A DNA stretch of 64,000 bases, from contig CAZJPP010000014.1 of assembly GCA_964547915.1 (NCBI GenBank), positions 1,426 through 65,425 of the forward strand, written 5' to 3'. The notes beneath the pieces are model-generated. The model saw nothing but the letters and a program-made list of their open reading frames with translations. It had not been told where the DNA came from and made no database searches. Both the position numbers and the translations under genes were made by a program. Positions 38,680-48,208 of this stretch are shown here, one piece after another. The first letter of the stretch is position 1; every line of letters begins with the position of its first letter. Origin of the DNA: an uncultured Lentimicrobium sp. GTDB lineage: Bacteria > Bacteroidota > Bacteroidia > Bacteroidales > Lentimicrobiaceae.

Positions 38680-40080
38680 TTGTTTTTAAATGCTGACGAC
38701 TTGAAAATAGACAGAAAAAATTTCATTATTCACAAGGGTGATAAGAAAGTTATAAGGGGCTGGGTCATGTATGATTGGGCCAATTCCGTTTATCAACTTA
38801 CCATAGCTTCGGCTATTTTCCCGGTGTATTACAGCCAGATGACAAGTGGCAATAATTTCATTGTCAATTTCTTTGGGCATGATATTATAAATTCGGTGCT
38901 ATACTCCTGGTCAATTGCCATCGCCTACCTTGTGGTTGCCGGTTTAACACCGTTGCTTTCATCACTTGCGGATTATACAGGTCGTAGGAAAGCATTTATG
39001 AGAGCATTCACATGGCTTGGTGCTTTATCGTGCGGTGCATTATTCTGGTTCGATGCACAACACGTGGAACTAGGAATCATTGCTTTTACCCTCGGCACCT
39101 TAGGCTATGGGGGCAGCCTTGTTTACTACAACTCATTTCTTCCGGTTATTGCCGAAGAAAAAGACCAGGACAGGATAAGTGCAAGAGGATACTCCATGGG
39201 TTATCTCGGTGGAGTCGTTTTGTTGCTTTTTAACCTTTTAATGATCCTTCAGCCCAATCTGTTCGGTCTGGAAAAAGGTGACATGCCTGCCAGAATATCA
39301 TTCCTCACAGTATTTATTTGGTGGATATTCTTTTCACATCTCACTTTCAGGCGACTTCCCAAATACACTTACAGAAAAAGAAGGAAAGACCAGGAAACCA
39401 ACATATTCTTAGAAGGCTACAAGGAACTGAACAAAGTATTCCAAAAGGTAATAAAATCGCGCAAGCTTAAATTTTACCTTATTGGATTTTTCTTTGTAAT
39501 GATGGGACTGCTAACAACTATGTTTATGGCGGCAGCCTATGGAGAAAAGGAACTTGGTATCGGCGAAGAACTTTTAATTGGCACTGTTCTGGCAATACAG
39601 CTTGTGGGAATGGTGGGAGCATGGTTTTTCTCCTGGCTATCGGGCAAAGTTGGCAATCTAAAAGCACTTATAGTCTCAGTATCTGCCTGGATTCTCATCG
39701 TTACAGCGGCATCTACTATCGTAAGTGCCACACAATTCGTAATAATTGCAGGCCTCATTGGATTAGTAATGGGTGGTAGTCAGGCGCTTGCCAGATCCAC
39801 CTACAGTAAGATGATTCCGGCAGGCACTACCGAACACACCAGTTTCTTTAGCTTTTACGATGTAATGGAAAAGATGGCTGCCGTATTCGGGACTTTCAGC
39901 TTCGGACTAATTGAAGCTGTTACAGGAAGCATGCGTTTTTCTGTTGCTGCAATCGGCATCTTCTTCGTCATCGGAATTGCTTTCCTTGGATTAACTCTCT
40001 ATAGCGAAATTCTTGAGCAACGTGCAATGGCTAAAGCCGTAAAACAACAGAAGGTTCTTCCCGACGAAATATTACCCTAA
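38680..40080 (+). CDS. MFS transporter, UMF1/Atg22 family (start uncertain; no ATG before the conserved N-terminus)
   Basis: GWVMYDWANSVY, LSSLADYTGRRK, YYNSFLP, ISARGYSMGYLGG, GGSQALARS, FFSFYDV; about 12 TM helices. Confidence 0.9.
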   Translation: MFLNADDLKIDRKNFIIHKGDKKVIRGWVMYDWANSVYQLTIASAIFPVYYSQMTSGNNFIVNFFGHDIINSVLYSWSIAIAYLVVAGLTPLLSSLADYTGRRKAFMRAFTWLGALSCGALFWFDAQHVELGIIAFTLGTLGYGGSLVYYNSFLPVIAEEKDQDRISARGYSMGYLGGVVLLLFNLLMILQPNLFGLEKGDMPARISFLTVFIWWIFFSHLTFRRLPKYTYRKRRKDQETNIFLEGYKELNKVFQKVIKSRKLKFYLIGFFFVMMGLLTTMFMAAAYGEKELGIGEELLIGTVLAIQLVGMVGAWFFSWLSGKVGNLKALIVSVSAWILIVTAASTIVSATQFVIIAGLIGLVMGGSQALARSTYSKMIPAGTTEHTSFFSFYDVMEKMAAVFGTFSFGLIEAVTGSMRFSVAAIGIFFVIGIAFLGLTLYSEILEQRAMAKAVKQQKVLPDEILP

Positions 40081-40181
40081 CACCGGCTTTTTTGGAGCAG
40101 ACAGGTTCAAAACATATACCCTGCCAAACAGCCAACAGGATGTTTTTAACTTCATAATATATTAATATTCTACATTTTACT

Positions 40182-40189
40182 TACTTTTG
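40182..40189 (+). promoter_or_regulatory. -7 element (TACTTTTG) for the M3 peptidase
   Basis: TAnnTTTG match 51 nt before the ATG at 40241. Confidence 0.5.
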
Positions 40190-40240
40190 TTCCAATTAAT
40201 CGTGCAACACTACCGTTACAAAACAAAACCTATTCATTAG

Positions 40241-42349
40241 ATGAAAAAATTAATTTATTTGGTTATGCTGGCATTACCGGCATTCATTTCATGCAAGCAG
40301 TCCCCAAAGACTGACAACCCTTTCTTTGCAAAGTACGATACTCCATTCGAAGTTCCGCCGTTCGATAAGATCGACACTTCGCACTACATGCCAGCATTCA
40401 TTGAAGGCATGAAACTTCACAACGAAGAAATCAACGCAATCGTTGAGAACAAAAATGCGCCTGATTTTGAAAATACCATTTTAGCCTTCGACAAATCGGG
40501 CAAACTACTTACCAAAGTTAGCAGCGTATTTTTCAATATTAAAAGCGCAAACACCAACGAAAAAATGCAGGAGATTGCAGTTAAAGTATCTCCACTCCTT
40601 TCTGAGCATTACGACAATATCGCGATGAATGCCCGGTTGTTTGAAAAAATCAAAGCAGTTTATGAATCACGTGAAAGTGCCGGCCTCGATGACCAACAAA
40701 AACGTGTTGTTGAAAAGTACTATAACGACTTTGTACGTGATGGTGCCAACCTGCCAAAAGACAAACAGGACAGACTACGTCAGATTAATGGCGAATTATC
40801 AACCCTGTCACTGAAATTCGGCGAAAACCAGCTTAAAGAAACCAACGATAATTTCAGCCTTGTTGTTGAAAACAAAGAAGACCTTGCAGGCCTTCCCGAA
40901 AGCTCCATAAATGCTGCAGCCGAAGCTGCAAAAGCTGAAGGTAAAGATGGCAAGTGGGTATTTAAACTTAATAAGCCCAGCATGCTCCCATTCCTCCAAT
41001 ATGCACAGAACCGCGATCTCCGTCAGCAGCTTTATATGGGATATGTTAACCGTGGCAATAACAACAATGCAAACGACAACAAACAGGTAGTAAGCGACAT
41101 GGTAAGACTGCGTGCTGAAAAAGCTGCTTTACTCGGTTATGCCAACTACGCATCATACGTTATTGAGGAGAACATGGCCAAAACCACTCAGGCAGTTGAT
41201 GAATTCCTTATAAAGCTCAACAATGCATCACTTTCAGTTGCAGGTAACGAGCTAAAAGAGATGCAGGCAATCTCTGACGCCGAAGGTAACAACTTTAAGC
41301 TCGAATCATGGGATTGGTGGTACTATGCCGAAAAACTCAGAAAGGCCAAATATAACCTCGATGAAAACGAATTAAGACCGTACTTCAGCCTTGAAAAAGT
41401 CCGCAATGGTATGTTTGCTGTTGCAACTCGTCTCTATGGTATATCTTTCACAAGAGTTGACAATCTTCCTGTGTATCACAAAGATGTTGAAACATATCAG
41501 GTTAAAGACACAGATGGATCGCACCTGGGTGTTTTATATCTCGATTATTTCCCACGCCCATCAAAAGATGGCGGAGCATGGTGTACCGATTTCCAATCAT
41601 CAGGTTGGGAAGATGGAAAGAAAGTTGATGCTATCGTTTCAATAGTTTCCAACTTCACACCTCCTCACGGAGATACCCCTTCACTTTTAAGCTGGGATGA
41701 AACACTTACATTATTCCACGAATTCGGGCATTCATTACATGCTCTCTTCACACAGGGTAAATATTCACGCACTGCCGGTATTGTTCCAAGAGACTATGTT
41801 GAATTACCTTCTCAAATTATGGAAAACTGGGCAAGTGAACCCGAAGTACTACGTATGTTTGCAAAACATTATCAAACAGGAGAAGTGATTCCCGAAACAC
41901 TTATTGAGAAGATCCAGAACAGCAGTCTGTTTAATCAGGGATTTGACAATGCTGAAATTATGGCAGCATCTATTCTTGATATGGAATATCACAAACTCAG
42001 CGCACCGGCCGAAATTAAGGATGTAAACGAATTTGAGCAGCAGGCAATGAATAAGATTGGTTTGATTAAGGAGATTTATCCCCGATACAGATCAACATAC
42101 TTTGCACACATATTCGATGGCGGATATGCTGCAGGTTATTACGTATACTCATGGGCTGCCGTGCTTGATGCAGATGCTTTTGACTATTTCAAACAGTCGG
42201 GCGATATCTTCAATCCGGAACTGGCTGCTTCATTCCGTAAAAACTGTTTAACAGAATGTGGTAATGACGAAGGAATGGTTCAGTATATTAAATTCCGCGG
42301 TCAGGAGCCATCTATTAATCCACTCCTTCAAAAGAGAGGCCTTAACTAA
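40241..42349 (+). CDS. dcp: M3-family metallopeptidase (peptidyl-dipeptidase Dcp-like), lipoprotein
   Basis: Lipobox FISC; PFEVPPFDKI; KDGGAWC; zinc motif FHEFGHSLH; VELPSQIMENW; GYAAGYYVYSWA. Confidence 0.9.
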   Translation: MKKLIYLVMLALPAFISCKQSPKTDNPFFAKYDTPFEVPPFDKIDTSHYMPAFIEGMKLHNEEINAIVENKNAPDFENTILAFDKSGKLLTKVSSVFFNIKSANTNEKMQEIAVKVSPLLSEHYDNIAMNARLFEKIKAVYESRESAGLDDQQKRVVEKYYNDFVRDGANLPKDKQDRLRQINGELSTLSLKFGENQLKETNDNFSLVVENKEDLAGLPESSINAAAEAAKAEGKDGKWVFKLNKPSMLPFLQYAQNRDLRQQLYMGYVNRGNNNNANDNKQVVSDMVRLRAEKAALLGYANYASYVIEENMAKTTQAVDEFLIKLNNASLSVAGNELKEMQAISDAEGNNFKLESWDWWYYAEKLRKAKYNLDENELRPYFSLEKVRNGMFAVATRLYGISFTRVDNLPVYHKDVETYQVKDTDGSHLGVLYLDYFPRPSKDGGAWCTDFQSSGWEDGKKVDAIVSIVSNFTPPHGDTPSLLSWDETLTLFHEFGHSLHALFTQGKYSRTAGIVPRDYVELPSQIMENWASEPEVLRMFAKHYQTGEVIPETLIEKIQNSSLFNQGFDNAEIMAASILDMEYHKLSAPAEIKDVNEFEQQAMNKIGLIKEIYPRYRSTYFAHIFDGGYAAGYYVYSWAAVLDADAFDYFKQSGDIFNPELAASFRKNCLTECGNDEGMVQYIKFRGQEPSINPLLQKRGLN

Positions 42350-42369
42350 GATTAAAACAACGAAACCAC

Positions 42370-42398
42370 AAAAAAGCCGGCCAAAAGCCGGCTTTTTT
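42370..42398. terminator. Bidirectional intrinsic terminator
   Basis: AAAAAAGCCGGC-caaaa-GCCGGCTTTTTT between convergent genes. Confidence 0.85.
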
Positions 42399-42399
42399 A

Positions 42400-43134
42400 C
42401 TATTTCCTCTCTGGCTTATTTGCAACGTATGAATTAATGACCTGATAGTATCCGTTTCGTATTGCAAAGAGCTTTTCCTTATCCAAACCCTCCCTGTAAA
42501 TTCTTACCATATCTATTATGCTGTGGTTCTCATAGAAGAAAGCATTTGCAGCATCAAAATACAGTAAATTAATATCATACTGCACTTCCATAGTAAGCTC
42601 CTTAAACTGAGCCCATGAAAAATGATTAGGGATAATGAAATACCCGTGATGAGGTTCAAAAACATCCAGGTACATTAAATCACCAATCGGCTCAAGGAAG
42701 AACGACTTTTCCAGCCTGACAATACCTGTTTCACCTTTAATTTTTCTTAACCTCTTATGGTATTCCAGTCCCTCGTCGGCAAAAAGTCGCTGTAGAATAG
42801 CAATATGGTCATACATTTCGAGGTTTCTTACTCTGATAATCTGATGTTTCATTCCAAAAATTTCAAGAAAACCGGGAACAGCATCAAACTTGTGAGGAAA
42901 ATTCTTTCTAACCTTTATTATTATCCTCCACATTTTTTCAAGAGAATAGGTTTGTCCGAGTACAAGATAGAAGTACAACGGCTTAGTTTGAACAGTAAAC
43001 CGCTCATAATAGCCTCTGAAAGGATATTCCGATTCAAGAAGACAGGCATTTGGCATGAAAATTTCACCGTCTATGCAACTAAGGGTTTCCTCTTTTTCGA
43101 GGCAGCCGAATCTTTCAATAGTGGTATGTTCCAT
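42400..43134 (-). CDS. Hypothetical cytoplasmic protein with an apparent internal duplication
   Basis: 244-aa ORF with ATG start and a terminator at its 3' end; two similar halves (FDAVPGF...IIRV and FDAANAF...MVRI). Confidence 0.75.
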   Translation of the reverse strand: MEHTTIERFGCLEKEETLSCIDGEIFMPNACLLESEYPFRGYYERFTVQTKPLYFYLVLGQTYSLEKMWRIIIKVRKNFPHKFDAVPGFLEIFGMKHQIIRVRNLEMYDHIAILQRLFADEGLEYHKRLRKIKGETGIVRLEKSFFLEPIGDLMYLDVFEPHHGYFIIPNHFSWAQFKELTMEVQYDINLLYFDAANAFFYENHSIIDMVRIYREGLDKEKLFAIRNGYYQVINSYVANKPERK

Positions 43135-43317
43135 GGCTAAAGAATTTTTCTTATAAACTCATAGCTAAAGATACAATATTATACTGATTTTTTAAAGTTT
43201 AATGCAAGAAATTATGAAGTTAAGTGACTAATTAATACCGATTAGAACTCATAGACCTTTCTCAGTTTATAGTGATTCTAATTGGAACCTTCACTCAGGT
43301 AGTGAGTGATTTTAAAG

Positions 43318-43325
43318 TAACTTTG
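43318..43325 (+). promoter_or_regulatory. -7 element (TAACTTTG) for the TonB-dependent receptor
   Basis: TAnnTTTG match inside the track's extended N-terminus, supporting the ATG at 43350. Confidence 0.6.
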
Positions 43326-43349
43326 CACGTTTTTGTAAACTATTTAACA

Positions 43350-45842
43350 ATGTCATCTCAGGTTCTCAAATCAATTACTCTTTTTACTCTTGTCTTCGCA
43401 TCAGTTTTATCATTCGGACAAAACGGCCGTACTCAAAACCGCCCCAATGGAAATGGTGGTGAACCATATGGTATAATCACCGGTGTTGTGCTCGATGAAT
43501 CAACCGGTCAAAATGTAGAATATGCCAATATAGTACTGTTCCGTACTAAAGACTCTACAATGGTAACCGGCACAATCACCGATGGAAAAGGAAAATTCAT
43601 ACTCAACAAACTAAACGCCGGTAAATACTATTTAAGGATTCAGTTTATAGGATATGAAAACCGTGAAGTATCCGACATTACAATTTCACCCCGCAGTGCC
43701 GATGTAAAACTGGGCAACATATCAATACAGCCTAAGACATCAGCCCTCCAGGGTGTAGAAATTACATCCGAAAGATCAATGATTACTACTAACCTTGATA
43801 AAAAGGTTATCACTGTCGATAAAACGATGGCACTTGGTGGAGGCACTGCAACAGATATTATGGAAAATGTACCTTCTGTTGAGGTTGACGCCGAGGGAAA
43901 TGTAAGTCTCAGAGGCAATTCCAACATTACACTATTGGTTGATGGTAAACCTGCCAGTCAGGCAGGGCTTGCAGCAAGCGACCTGCTTAATCAGATACCT
44001 GCTTCGGCAATTGAAAGTGTGGAAGTAATAACCAACCCTTCTGTAAGATACGACCCGGATGGTACATCAGGTATCATAAATATAGTTCTCAAAAAGAAAA
44101 CACTGCAGGGATTCAACGGTATGGTCTCCGCAAATGCAGGCACCGGCGACAAGTACAATGGTTCTGTCGTGCTTAATTACAGACACGATAAGTTTAATGC
44201 CTCTCTTAATTTCGACGGCAGAAAGAATAACATGAACAGATCCTCTATAAGTACCCGTACATCAAACTATGGTGATTTCATAAACGTGCTCAATCAGAAC
44301 AATACCGGCAATATGTCAAGAAATATGAGTAATATCAGTGCCGGGTTCGATTATTTTATTGACACACGAAACAACATCACACTGAGTGTAGCTAAAAGAG
44401 ATATGAATTTTGGCATGGAAGGCGACCTGTTTAACAGATCAGTCTCCAATAATGAGGTTGACAGATTATTTAACCGCAGCAGCATTGATGATCGTGCAAT
44501 TGATTCCTGGTCATATACCCTGTCATATAAACACCTCTATCCTGAAAAAGGCCGTGAGTTTACCAATGACATCATATTTCTTGATAATGCTATGAACAGC
44601 GACTCACGGATTACCCAACAGAATTATGACATCTTTAATCCCGAAAATATAACCTCAACCAGTGATCAGTGGAATATTTCGAAAAATGACAACAAAATGA
44701 TCACTGTTCAGGGTAATTATGTATATCCAATGGCAACCGGAAGTCGCATCGAAGCCGGATATAAGGCCAGTATTCTCGACATGGGGACGGAATACGACTA
44801 TCAGAACTTAATTGGCGACGAGTGGCTGAGTCAGGAAAATCTCCTTAATAAGTATGATTACAACGAACAGATATATGCAGTTTACGGTATCTATGCAAAT
44901 TCATGGAAGAAATTCAGGTATCAGGCCGGATTAAGATTCGAACAAGTATTTACAGAATCGAATGTTGGTGTTAATTCAGTCAAACTTACAACTCAATATT
45001 CAAGTTTCTATCCATCATTCCATACCCAGTATGATATTGCTGATAAAAAGGAACTTCAGCTTAGTTACAGCCGACGTGTAAGAAGGCCATCTCCGCATGA
45101 TATGAATCCATATGTTGATTACGCTGACTCGCTAAATCTTCGTACAGGAAATCCTGAAATCAGGCCCGAATTTACCAATTCCGTTGAGCTTGGCTTGTTG
45201 CAGTACTTTAATACCGGCTCCCTCACAACCACTCTCTTTTACAGATATACCAATGATGAGGTAGAAATGATAACACAATTGATTGACACAATCAACGGAC
45301 AGGGTGTTACATTGTCAACTCCATATAATATCAGTAAAGAAACTAATTACGGTCTTGAAGTCGTTGGAACACTTAATCCGGCAAAATGGATGAGAATAAA
45401 CGGCAACGTTTCCTTCTACAGGGCTCTTATGGCCGAAGTCCCCGAATACAATATTGAAGGAACCGACAGGTTTACATGGAGAGCACGATTAAACATGACT
45501 TTTATGCCATGGAAAGACGGATCATTCCAACTGATAGGAAACTACCATTCACCACGTCGTTCCGTTCAGGATTACAGAGATGCACGTTATTATGCCGACA
45601 TCGCTTTCCGACAGGACTTACTTGACAAGAGATTATCGATTTCGTTGCGTCTTACTGACATCTTCAAATCGAGCAGATTTAATGGTTCAACTTACGGAGA
45701 AGGCTTTACTATTGATTCAGAACGGAATCATGACTCCAGAATTCTGTTCCTGGGAATATCCTACCAGTTCAATAATTTCAAGAAAAAAGCCACTCAGGAT
45801 ATGAACCAGGGAATGGAGGATATGGAAATAGAAGGATTCTGA
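43350..45842 (+). CDS. TonB-dependent receptor / outer-membrane beta-barrel with N-terminal carboxypeptidase-regulatory-like domain
   Basis: Signal peptide from MSSQVLK; VEYANIVL...GTITDGKG; plug (DIMENVPSVEVD, LVDGK, IESVEVITNPS..YDPDG..GIINI); SYSRRVRRP, GNPEIRPE; C-terminal GISYQF. Confidence 0.9.
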   Translation: MSSQVLKSITLFTLVFASVLSFGQNGRTQNRPNGNGGEPYGIITGVVLDESTGQNVEYANIVLFRTKDSTMVTGTITDGKGKFILNKLNAGKYYLRIQFIGYENREVSDITISPRSADVKLGNISIQPKTSALQGVEITSERSMITTNLDKKVITVDKTMALGGGTATDIMENVPSVEVDAEGNVSLRGNSNITLLVDGKPASQAGLAASDLLNQIPASAIESVEVITNPSVRYDPDGTSGIINIVLKKKTLQGFNGMVSANAGTGDKYNGSVVLNYRHDKFNASLNFDGRKNNMNRSSISTRTSNYGDFINVLNQNNTGNMSRNMSNISAGFDYFIDTRNNITLSVAKRDMNFGMEGDLFNRSVSNNEVDRLFNRSSIDDRAIDSWSYTLSYKHLYPEKGREFTNDIIFLDNAMNSDSRITQQNYDIFNPENITSTSDQWNISKNDNKMITVQGNYVYPMATGSRIEAGYKASILDMGTEYDYQNLIGDEWLSQENLLNKYDYNEQIYAVYGIYANSWKKFRYQAGLRFEQVFTESNVGVNSVKLTTQYSSFYPSFHTQYDIADKKELQLSYSRRVRRPSPHDMNPYVDYADSLNLRTGNPEIRPEFTNSVELGLLQYFNTGSLTTTLFYRYTNDEVEMITQLIDTINGQGVTLSTPYNISKETNYGLEVVGTLNPAKWMRINGNVSFYRALMAEVPEYNIEGTDRFTWRARLNMTFMPWKDGSFQLIGNYHSPRRSVQDYRDARYYADIAFRQDLLDKRLSISLRLTDIFKSSRFNGSTYGEGFTIDSERNHDSRILFLGISYQFNNFKKKATQDMNQGMEDMEIEGF

Positions 45843-45854
45843 CGATAACGGGAA

Positions 45855-46604
45855 TTATTTCCTGCCCAGAAAATCAAGAATCGCATTAATAAAAGTAAGA
45901 GGATGCACAGGGTTGCCCGGAATATACAGGTCAACCCTGTACTTTTTCAGAAAACTCCTGTCAATTGCCTCGCTATCAGCAAAAACCCCACCGCTGATTG
46001 CATCAGTTCCGGCAAGTACAATAATCTTAGGCTCAGGAATTGCCTTATAAGTAAGCTCAAGTGCCCGGGCCATATTTTCAGAAACCGGACCCGTAATCAC
46101 AATACCATCAGCATGCCTGGGCGAGGCCACAAAGTCAATCCCAAACCTGCTCATATCAAACTGGACATTATTACTTGCGTTCAACTCCCATTCAGTGCTG
46201 TTATCACCTGCAGCCGAAACCTGTCTGAATTTAATAGAACGGCCAAGAATACGGTGAATCTCTTTCCTAACCAGATCAGGGTTCATCAGAATAGGCATGT
46301 CTTCATTCTCCCTTACAATCAAGCGCTCTCTTTCATTAGACGCCAACTTGTAATCGGGCGTGAATCTTACCTTTTCGGGATATCTTAATGCACATTCGCC
46401 GCAGAAAACACACTTACCGAGATCAATTGTCACAGGATTAATCCCTATAGCCTGCGTGGGACAAACATCTTTCAACTTCTCTTCATTCACTTCAACGGCT
46501 GAAATAACAGGCCTTCCCCTGAATATTCCCGGTACTTTGGCATTCCGGATATCAGGAATATACTGTTTCCCCTGGTGCCACAATATCTTTAAGTTTTCGA
46601 GCAT
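45855..46604 (-). CDS. Ehr complex ferredoxin (NuoI-like) and small-subunit (NuoB/HycG-like) fusion with degenerate Fe-S ligands
   Basis: DVCP...CVFCGECALRYP; SPRHADGIVITGPV; ligand positions read GDNST, GTDAISGG, PGNPVHP. Confidence 0.85.
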   Translation of the reverse strand: MLENLKILWHQGKQYIPDIRNAKVPGIFRGRPVISAVEVNEEKLKDVCPTQAIGINPVTIDLGKCVFCGECALRYPEKVRFTPDYKLASNERERLIVRENEDMPILMNPDLVRKEIHRILGRSIKFRQVSAAGDNSTEWELNASNNVQFDMSRFGIDFVASPRHADGIVITGPVSENMARALELTYKAIPEPKIIVLAGTDAISGGVFADSEAIDRSFLKKYRVDLYIPGNPVHPLTFINAILDFLGRK

Positions 46605-46612
46605 AGCATTAA

Positions 46613-48208
46613 TTATAAATCATGACCACAGTACGACAAATTGAAACTCTTATTACAAACAGGGAAATCAGAAATTCCATTATCTCTGACTGCCTGAGCC
46701 AGCGCCATCCAGTTATGGAATGACGGATCCTTAATTTTATACAGCAGCAGCTCACCCTGATTTCCTGTTATAGCACAATGACATATCTCACCCCTCCATC
46801 CTTCTGCCAGAGAAACAATGAATGCATTAGCCATCGGTGTCATCTTATCCCATGCTTCATAAGAAAAGGAACCATCACGCTCTTCAGGCAGATGATTCAT
46901 CAGTTCACGGAGATAACCTATTGATTGCTTAATTTCTTCTTTACGTATCTGCACTCTCGAATAAACATCGCCGTGATGCTTGATTACAGGCTTATGGTCA
47001 ATCAGTTTTCCATAAAGGTTATAAGGATGAGATGCCCTGATATCCCTGTTAAGCCCACTCATGCGTGCAGACATACCAACAGTCCCGATTTCGAGCACTC
47101 GGTCATAGTTTACAACTCCGGTTTTTTCCATTCGCGACAGAGTGCTTGGAAGGCTTGTAAACTTCTCGGTAATTTCATCAAAGTCCTTTTCATAAGCCTT
47201 AAGAATATCAAGCAGCCTATTCTTAAGTGCCGGAGTAAAGGGATAATTTATTCTTGCAGGCCTTATCAGACCTTTACCCAATCTGTTTCCTCCCCATTCC
47301 TGCAAAAAATTGACCATAGGAGTCCTTAGACGACCATACACAGCATTTCCGAGCTGATAGGCAATATCTGCACATACTGCAGCAAGGTCGCCTGTATGAA
47401 TCGCCAAACGCTCAATTTCAGCAGCAACAGTCTTTCCGAAATCAAGCTCGTAATCTGCCTTAACTCCACAAAGACTCTCCCATAAATTGGCGAACACAGA
47501 TGTATGTCCTGCAACAGTATCACCCGCAATCTGTTCAGCAAGAACAGACCTTTCAATCAGTTTTTTCTTCTTTAGGAACAACTTCTCAACACCCCTGTGC
47601 TGATATCCCAGCTGAATTTCAAGGTGCATAATTTGCTCGCCATTACAAAGAAATCTGAAATGCCCGGGCTCAATCACACCGGCATGAACAGGCCCCACTC
47701 CCACTTCATGTAACTCCTCTCCGCTCGCTCTCAAAAAAGGATGGTCACCTATCCGAACCTCCGGATTATGGCGGTCATGCGAATACCTTAATGGCTTAAG
47801 CCAGGGATGATCATTATATTGTATTCCAAAGTTCTCGTGAAGTTCCCTCTCAAAACCTTCAAAGTTGTGATTAACAGCCGTAAGCGATGCGTATGACTCA
47901 TTTGATTTAACCCGTGTTGAAGAAATAAGGATTTTATGAAGCTCATCATCAGCAATACAGCAAAAGAGAGCTATTTCATCACCCCCTGCAGGTATTACTT
48001 TTGAATCCCCCGTTAAAGCTGTTCCTGCATGTTCCCTGCTCCCGAAAAGATTAACACAATGGCGGTGAGTGGCATCACGCAGAAGCCCTGTATTTAAATT
48101 AAGGAACTCCTCATAACCAACTACCGGTATTTTCGCAATCTCAACAGGTTGGTTATTCTCTGCTGATATAAATAAACTCTTGTCAAATGCTGATAACTGG
48201 TCCATCAA
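46613..48208 (-). CDS. Ehr complex large subunit (NuoC+NuoD / HycE-like) without Ni-binding motifs
   Basis: VGPVHAGVIEPGHFRF, LGYQHRGVEK, EIERLAIH, HGDVYSRVQIR, EGWRGE, KIKDPSF; L1 reads EQIAGDTVAGH and L2 reads DFPVCNKSFNLSYCGHDL. Confidence 0.88.
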   Translation of the reverse strand: MMDQLSAFDKSLFISAENNQPVEIAKIPVVGYEEFLNLNTGLLRDATHRHCVNLFGSREHAGTALTGDSKVIPAGGDEIALFCCIADDELHKILISSTRVKSNESYASLTAVNHNFEGFERELHENFGIQYNDHPWLKPLRYSHDRHNPEVRIGDHPFLRASGEELHEVGVGPVHAGVIEPGHFRFLCNGEQIMHLEIQLGYQHRGVEKLFLKKKKLIERSVLAEQIAGDTVAGHTSVFANLWESLCGVKADYELDFGKTVAAEIERLAIHTGDLAAVCADIAYQLGNAVYGRLRTPMVNFLQEWGGNRLGKGLIRPARINYPFTPALKNRLLDILKAYEKDFDEITEKFTSLPSTLSRMEKTGVVNYDRVLEIGTVGMSARMSGLNRDIRASHPYNLYGKLIDHKPVIKHHGDVYSRVQIRKEEIKQSIGYLRELMNHLPEERDGSFSYEAWDKMTPMANAFIVSLAEGWRGEICHCAITGNQGELLLYKIKDPSFHNWMALAQAVRDNGISDFPVCNKSFNLSYCGHDL

